Assembly: GCA_963793865.1 (NCBI GenBank)
Contig: CAWCBP010000004.1
Span: forward strand, 64,703 to 128,702
Direction of reading: 5' to 3'
Length of the DNA stretch: 64,000 bases
Origin: an uncultured delta proteobacterium
Lineage (GTDB): Bacteria > Desulfobacterota > WTBG01
Position numbers and translations under genes: made by a program. This document shows, in pieces, positions 58,672 through 64,000 of the stretch. The first letter of the stretch is position 1, and each line of letters begins with the position of its first letter. The notes beneath the pieces are model-generated. The model saw only the letters and a program-made list of their open reading frames with translations, had not been told where the DNA came from and did no database searches.

Positions 58672-60507
58672 TTAGCGTAATGTGTCGATCAACTTGGATA
58701 ATTGGGGATTAACCTTACCACCCTGTTTTAATGCTTCATCATAGTGCATAAGTGCCCGATCATAATCTTTCTTTGAGTAGTAGGCAACGGCCAGATTGCT
58801 ATGTGCATTCGCATTATTGGCGTTGATGGCTAATGATCGTTTTATTGCCGCAATCGCACTTTCCACATCGCCCTTCATGAAGTAAGCACTGCCAAGGTTG
58901 TTATATGCCTTAGCGTTGCCTGGATTAATAGCCACAGCCTGCTTAAAAGCTGCGATTGCTTCATTAAGCCTTTCCTGCATGACGTAAATTTTACCCAGAT
59001 TATTATATGCCTTGTCGTAATTCGGCTGTAACTGGACTGTTCGCTTGAACTCAAATATTGCTTCGTCATACTTGCCGTTTTGCATGTACGCATTTCCGAG
59101 ATTATAATGCACCAGCGGATCACTTGCTGGAAAAGGAAACATAGTAACAACGCTGGTCCAAAGGTTCTCAGAATCTCGCCAGACGGGTATTTGTTGTCGG
59201 GTCGCCTGCATGAGTAGATAAATGTAGAAGGCAGGTATAAGTATAAGAGGCGTTATAATACCCTTGTGTAATCTAACGTACTTTCTGAGCAAAATCCAAA
59301 ACATACCTGTTCCCATCATCACAAAAACAGAGATGGTGGGTAGATAAGTATAACGGTCTGCAGCTGACTGACCGCCGACCTGTATGATTCCCAGAACCGG
59401 GGATAGTGTTACAACATAATAGGCCCATGCAATGAGCAGGAGATAATTTTTCTTTTTTGCCATCCAGAGTGACAAGCAGGTTATGGCTGCTATGATCAGG
59501 AAAGAAAATACATAGTGAAAATCAAGCCAGTGGGTGTGTTTGGGAAAGGGGTAAAATGGTACCAGATTGATTGGTACGATCGTTTTCTCAACGTAGAAAA
59601 GTAGAGACCTCAACGCGTTGAGTATCCTTGCATCGGCAGGCATCTCTTGCAGATTGCGGATGGCTCTTCCATAATTTTGGGCAGTGATGGTTATGAAACC
59701 AGACACTATGCTGAAAAGAAAAAGGGGCGTTTTCTCCAGCAGCGGCCTCCCTTTTTCCCGCGGTGCGTTTCCGAATCTAGAAAGTGGGTATAAATCCAAG
59801 AGAAGCAATACGACAGGCAAGGTTATGGCCATTGGCTTTGATGCCAGGGCGAGCAGGAAAAAAGCGGTGGTGCAGGCAAACCATACCCATCGGTTTGGTG
59901 CTGATAGTGGAGAATTGTAATAGAGATACGAGAGCACACTACAAAGAAAGAAAAAGGCGCATAGGAGATCTTTGCGCTCTGCCACCCATGCCACTGACTC
60001 CACCCTTAATGGATGAAGGGAAAAAAGGAGGGCCGTAATGGCTCCGGAAAGCAGACAAGAGCTGATCGGGGCATGTGATGACATTTGTCGGCTATCACTG
60101 GTTTTCCCTTCCTCCGCTACCAAAATAAGTTTTATCGTTAAAAAAAACACAAGCAGGCAGTTCAAAGCGTGCAAGATAATGCTGCTTAAATGATGGCCCG
60201 AAGGTTTTACCCCAAAGAGGTCATAGTCAACAGCGTGACTGATCCAGGTAAGCGGATGCCAGTTGCCCTGATAAAAGGTGCCGCACATTGCAGCCAGGGT
60301 ATGGAGATCTAATGAACGGATAAGTTGATTCTCAGTGATATATTGTATGTCATCCCAAACAAAGCCATTTTTAAGTGATGGCATGAAAGTAACCAGCGTC
60401 AGCACAAAAATGAAGAGAGCGACCGTACCTGCCAGAAGTACAAGCCGCCCTTTGCGTGAGGAATGGTCATCAATATGTGTTTGTTCAGTCATATGGATTG
60501 GTATCAA
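58672..60507 (-). CDS. TMTC-like polytopic membrane protein (DUF1736/GT39-like) with C-terminal TPR repeats
   Basis: N-terminal NGFVWDDIQYITENQLIRS and about 10 TM helices. The C-terminus carries 5 or more TPR units (NLGNAYMQNGKYDEAIFEFKRTVQLQPNYDKAYNNLG...). Confidence 0.7.
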   Translation of the reverse strand: MIPIHMTEQTHIDDHSSRKGRLVLLAGTVALFIFVLTLVTFMPSLKNGFVWDDIQYITENQLIRSLDLHTLAAMCGTFYQGNWHPLTWISHAVDYDLFGVKPSGHHLSSIILHALNCLLVFFLTIKLILVAEEGKTSDSRQMSSHAPISSCLLSGAITALLFSLHPLRVESVAWVAERKDLLCAFFFLCSVLSYLYYNSPLSAPNRWVWFACTTAFFLLALASKPMAITLPVVLLLLDLYPLSRFGNAPREKGRPLLEKTPLFLFSIVSGFITITAQNYGRAIRNLQEMPADARILNALRSLLFYVEKTIVPINLVPFYPFPKHTHWLDFHYVFSFLIIAAITCLSLWMAKKKNYLLLIAWAYYVVTLSPVLGIIQVGGQSAADRYTYLPTISVFVMMGTGMFWILLRKYVRLHKGIITPLILIPAFYIYLLMQATRQQIPVWRDSENLWTSVVTMFPFPASDPLVHYNLGNAYMQNGKYDEAIFEFKRTVQLQPNYDKAYNNLGKIYVMQERLNEAIAAFKQAVAINPGNAKAYNNLGSAYFMKGDVESAIAAIKRSLAINANNANAHSNLAVAYYSKKDYDRALMHYDEALKQGGKVNPQLSKLIDTLR

Positions 60508-60699
60508 TATTAAATAACGAGAGACGGGACAATTGATTTGCCCTCATTTTATGTACCACCTTTTATGTTAAGGGTCTAGGGCATTTTTCCGCCCAAGAAA
60601 CATAGACAATGATTCATCCATCCTCACAAAAAACAGCCCCTGCCTACCAGTGGGCAAGGGGGCTTTGCTAACAGAATAACCTTCAGAGAAAACAGCAGG

Positions 60700-61199
60700 A
60701 TCAAAAAGAAGAGAGGTCCGGGTCAAAAGGAGTTACCGGCGTGGCAAGTTTAACCTACCCAAGAACGGAAAGACACGCAAGGTGGACATGTCGGATCAGT
60801 TGACTGATATGCTGAAAGGACTAATGCCATCACAGTAAAAAAGAGGCACTTAAAAGCGGTACAGGTGAGTTACCTGATCTGATATTTAAGCAGGGCGGGG
60901 AGATAATGGAACAGAATTTTGTCAGAAAGATACACAAGCGGATTTTGAGGAAATCTGGGTTACGTCAGATTCGCCTCCACGACCTTCGTCACACCTATGC
61001 TTCACTCCTTCTCTCTAAAGGAGAGAGTCCTGTCTACGTAAAAGAGCAGTTAGGTCATCATTCGATCCAGATGACCGTGGATATTTGCGGTCACCTGATC
61101 CCCAGTTCAAACAGGCAGGCAGTAAACAAACTGGATGACCTATCTGCACCCCAGGTACACCCGGATTATAATAAGAGTAGTCAAGTGATTGAAAAATAG
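60700..61199 (+). pseudogene. degraded tyrosine-recombinase (phage-type integrase) gene; only middle and C-terminal catalytic fragments remain
   Basis: Fragment ...PKNGKTRKVDMSDQLTDMLKGL...* is followed by ORF 60906..61199 containing LHDLRHTYASLLLSKGESPVYVKEQLGHHSIQMTVDICGHL (the R..HxxR..Y catalytic box). Its 3' end abuts the 3' end of tRNA-Leu. Confidence 0.7.
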
Positions 61200-61204
61200 G
61201 AAGG

Positions 61205-61289
61205 TGGTGCCGAAGGCGGGACTCGAACCCGCACGGGTCTCCCCGCCACCCCCTCAAGATGGTGTGTCTGCCAGTTCCACCACTTCGGC
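61205..61289 (-). tRNA. tRNA-Leu (anticodon GAG), class II with long variable arm
   Basis: Reverse complement GCCGAAGTGGTGGAACTGGCAGACACACCATCTTGAGGGGGTGGCGGGGAGACCCGTGCGGGTTCGAGTCCCGCCTTCGGCACCA. Anticodon stem CCATC/GGTGG, loop TTGAGGG, T-loop TTCGAGT. Confidence 0.85.
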
Positions 61290-61332
61290 ACGGCTGAGGT
61301 AATCTGCGGTATGCTGCTTATATAAGACTCTA

Positions 61333-61728
61333 TCAGTTTTGCGGCGGCTGACTTTCCGGAACGGCCGGACCAGCCGCGTTGCCCGGTTCCGCCGCCGGGG
61401 CTACAGGGGCTGCCTGGACAGGCGCCTGCTCCGGGGTCTGCGGGACAGCGCTTTCGGCCGCCTGCTGCTCCACCTTTTTTTCCATTATGGTCGGCACGGG
61501 GGCCCGGCCGATGAGGTAGCACAGCATCAGCGTGGTTATCATAAAGAGAACGGCAACCGCGGTGGTCATCTTGCTCAAAAAGCCGGCCGGTCCGCTGCTG
61601 CCGAATACCGTTTGCGTGGAGCCTCCGAAAGCGGCGCCCATTTCCGCCCCCTTGCCTGTCTGAAGCAGCACCACCATGATCAGAACCACGCAGATGATTA
61701 TGTGCAAAACAGTGATAAATACAAACAT
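61333..61728 (-). CDS. secG: preprotein translocase subunit SecG
   Basis: MFVFITVLHIIICVVLIMVVLLQTGKGAEMGAAFGGS...VFGSSG is the canonical SecG. Confidence 0.85.
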   Translation of the reverse strand: MFVFITVLHIIICVVLIMVVLLQTGKGAEMGAAFGGSTQTVFGSSGPAGFLSKMTTAVAVLFMITTLMLCYLIGRAPVPTIMEKKVEQQAAESAVPQTPEQAPVQAAPVAPAAEPGNAAGPAVPESQPPQN

Positions 61729-61770
61729 GATTGATCCATCCTTTCTTCTGAAATCATGACCGCGGCGCGA

Positions 61771-62532
61771 TTACGACTTGAACCGCGCGATCCGCGCGAA
61801 ATCCTCCGCCTTTAAGCTCGCCCCCCCCACCAGTGCCCCGTCAATGTCAGCCTGCGCCATGAGCTGGTCGATATTGTCGGGCTTCACGCTCCCGCCGTAG
61901 AGTATCCGCATCCTGTCCGCGATCTCCCGGCTGAATAATTGGGCAATGAGCCTGCGTATGAAACCATGCACTTCCTGGGCCTGCTCCGGCGTGGCGGTTT
62001 TGCCGGTCCCGATGGCCCACACCGGCTCGTAGGCAATGATCACCCTCCCGATCTCATCCAGGGACAAATCGATCAGCCCGGACCTGATCTGCCGCTCAAT
62101 AATGCTGAAGGTTTTATCAGCCTCCCGCTCCGCCAGCGTCTCACCGATGCAGACAATGGGGACAAGGGAAACCTTGAGCGCCGATTTAAGCCTTCTGTTC
62201 ACCGTTTCATCAGTTTCATGAAAGAACTGCCGCCTCTCGGAGTGCCCGATAATGACATAGGCGCATCCCGCATCCTTGATCATGGCCGGGGCTATCTCAC
62301 CGGTAAACGCGCCTTTTTCCTCCCAGAACAGGTTCTGCGCGGCCAGGGCCATGGGACCGCTTTTCAGCACAGCGGCCACGGCCGTAAGGGCGGTAAACGG
62401 GGGAGCGACCACCACGTCCACCCCGGAGAGATCAGAAAGCATGCCGTTGAGCCGGGAAACCAGCTCAACACTCTCGGCACAGGTGTTATGCATTTTCCAG
62501 TTGCCGGCTATGAAAGGACGCCTCATCACCAT
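61771..62532 (-). CDS. tpiA: triose-phosphate isomerase
   Basis: RRPFIAGNWKMHNT; IIGHSERR; AYEPVWAIGTGKTAT. The start is set at the ATG at 62532, after AAGGA. Confidence 0.9.
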   Translation of the reverse strand: MVMRRPFIAGNWKMHNTCAESVELVSRLNGMLSDLSGVDVVVAPPFTALTAVAAVLKSGPMALAAQNLFWEEKGAFTGEIAPAMIKDAGCAYVIIGHSERRQFFHETDETVNRRLKSALKVSLVPIVCIGETLAEREADKTFSIIERQIRSGLIDLSLDEIGRVIIAYEPVWAIGTGKTATPEQAQEVHGFIRRLIAQLFSREIADRMRILYGGSVKPDNIDQLMAQADIDGALVGGASLKAEDFARIARFKS

Positions 62533-62730
62533 ATCCTTATCTTCACCATGAATGAACATCGCCGGTTAACTCACCGGCGGGGTGCATATTATCGACAGGT
62601 AGTGAAAAAGTCAAGATAAAACCTTCTCGGCAGCCATTTCGCCAGGGGATTGCTTCGTCGTCCCGGCGGGACTCCTCGCAACGACTGCTTGGTTTTGCTT
62701 TTCCTATATATTTATTTCCGGGACGTAACC

Positions 62731-63765
62731 TTATCCGAAGAAAAGCTCGGCAACCTTATATAAGTCCGGGTTGATTGTCTTATTGCCGGCGGCCACTTCC
62801 TTCAGGTCAATGGCTTCAATGCTGGTACCACGCAGACAGGCCATTTTGCCGAATTCCTTGTTTGCCAGCATATCCACCGCCTTCACCCCGAAGCGCGTGG
62901 CCAGCACCCGGTCGAACGCGGTGGGCGTGCCCCCTCTCTGCACATACCCCAGGGTGGTAACCCGGGTTTCGATTCCGGTGAGCTCCTCCAGCTTCCTGCC
63001 GATGATATTGCCTATGCCCCCCAGGAGCGCGTGCCCGAATTCATCGGTCTTTTCCTCCTGGACCACCACGCCGCTGTCGTGATTGAGCTCCACCCCCTCC
63101 GCCACCACGATGATGCTGAAGGTCTTGCCGCGCTTGCGGCGCTGCTTGAGCAATTCGGCCACCTCTTCAATCCTGAACGGCACTTCGGGAATGAGGATGC
63201 AGTCGGCGCCGCCGGCAATGCCGGCGACGGTGGCAATCCACCCGGTGTGCCTCCCCATGACCTCGACCACCATGACCCGGTGATGGGATTCCGCCGTGGT
63301 GTGCAGCCGGTCGATGGCCTCGGTAACGATGCTGACCGCGGTATCGAACCCGAAGGTATAATCGGTGCAGGGAAGGTCATTGTCGATGGTTTTAGGAACG
63401 CCCACCACCGGAATGCCCATTTCATGCAGCCGGCTCGCAACGCCCAGGGTATCCTCGCCGCCCACGCAGATAAAGCCCTCTATGCCGTAGCGCTTGATGT
63501 TGTTGAGCATCTTCTGCAGCGTTTCCTCGGCCTTAAAGGGGTTGGTCCGGGAGGTGCCCAGGATGGTCCCCCCGCGGGGCAGTATTCCGGTGACGGAAAA
63601 AAGGGTAAGCGGCTCCACCTGACCTTTGATCAGGCCGGCCCACCCCTCCCTGATGCCGATCACCTCAAATTTGTATGTATCAATGGCCCGTTTCACCACT
63701 GCCCGTATGACCGCATTAAGCCCGGGACAGTCGCCGCCGCCGGTAAGAATGCCGATTCTTTTCAT
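62731..63765 (-). CDS. pfkA: 6-phosphofructokinase (PfkA family)
   Basis: MKRIGILTGGGDCPGLNAVIRAVV; GGDGS-equivalent ICVGGEDTLGVA; MGRHTGWIA. Confidence 0.85.
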   Translation of the reverse strand: MKRIGILTGGGDCPGLNAVIRAVVKRAIDTYKFEVIGIREGWAGLIKGQVEPLTLFSVTGILPRGGTILGTSRTNPFKAEETLQKMLNNIKRYGIEGFICVGGEDTLGVASRLHEMGIPVVGVPKTIDNDLPCTDYTFGFDTAVSIVTEAIDRLHTTAESHHRVMVVEVMGRHTGWIATVAGIAGGADCILIPEVPFRIEEVAELLKQRRKRGKTFSIIVVAEGVELNHDSGVVVQEEKTDEFGHALLGGIGNIIGRKLEELTGIETRVTTLGYVQRGGTPTAFDRVLATRFGVKAVDMLANKEFGKMACLRGTSIEAIDLKEVAAGNKTINPDLYKVAELFFG

Positions 63766-64000
63766 AACCCGCCTCTCGTTCCTAATTTAAAGCGTCGTGT
63801 CTCTCTTCGTGCTCTTCTTCTTTTTCCTTCGTGCGCTTCGTGGTTGCCGTTTCCGGCTTCGATATTCGAATTTCGGATTTGCAGCCGCTGCTGCATCGTA
63901 TGGTATACCCGGCCCGTCAATAATTCAAGCAGTAAAATGGACACTGCCGCGCGGTGAATTTAACCTTGACTTGTCTTTTGCAGAATTTTATATAATGATT

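Overview
This is a 64 kb chromosomal window from a high-GC (about 58-60 %) Gram-negative bacterium. The sigma-54 NtrY/NtrX pair, a Sec-containing DsbA-like gene, RAYT/REP elements and the lipid A gene lpxC together suggest a Desulfobacterota- or Nitrospirota-like lineage, but I cannot assign it firmly. The left half is mostly housekeeping and metabolism, ending in an accessory stretch at 13.9-25 kb. The annotated genes are:
- catalase 3' end
- MBL-rhodanese fusion
- phosphomannomutase
- two Amidase_3 paralogs
- ntrY/ntrX sensor-regulator pair
- lpxC
- methylmalonyl-CoA mutase catalytic subunit
- ychF
- hup
- DUF362 protein
- a RAYT/REP nest
- esterase
- a broken epimerase
- a sigma-54-driven KamA plus two ATP-grasp plus GNAT operon
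- a Cys-rich lipoprotein
- priA
- galU

The middle (31.9-41.1 kb) is dominated by two huge secreted-protein genes on the minus strand. The first is a beta-helix/TSP3 protein of about 1220 aa. The second is a Cys-rich protein of about 1620 aa that carries about 11 near-identical 150-bp tandem coding repeats. Both end in dockerin-like Ca-binding repeat pairs. Both are bracketed by AT-rich cassettes that carry repeated motifs and strong hairpin terminators.

The right third looks like an island-like accessory region between tRNA-Arg(ACG) and tRNA-Leu(GAG). It contains:
- a hybrid PAS histidine kinase
- a DUF4143 ATPase
- two secreted proteins sharing a roughly 70-aa C-terminal domain I do not recognise, one of them cohesin-like
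- an FNT channel
- PilZ proteins
- a DsbA-like gene with an in-frame TGA at the first Cys of its CxxC motif, which is a selenoprotein candidate
- a matrixin protease
- an AKR/Fe-S reductase
- a Y1-transposase-like gene
- a TMTC-like TPR membrane protein
- a degraded integrase abutting tRNA-Leu

Conserved tpiA-secG and pfkA genes follow. The window is rich in small palindromic and MITE-like repeat families. At least seven genes carry frameshifts or missing stops, which points either to indel errors in the assembly or to genuine pseudogenisation. All calls come from reading the translated ORFs and the DNA directly; no database searches were run.
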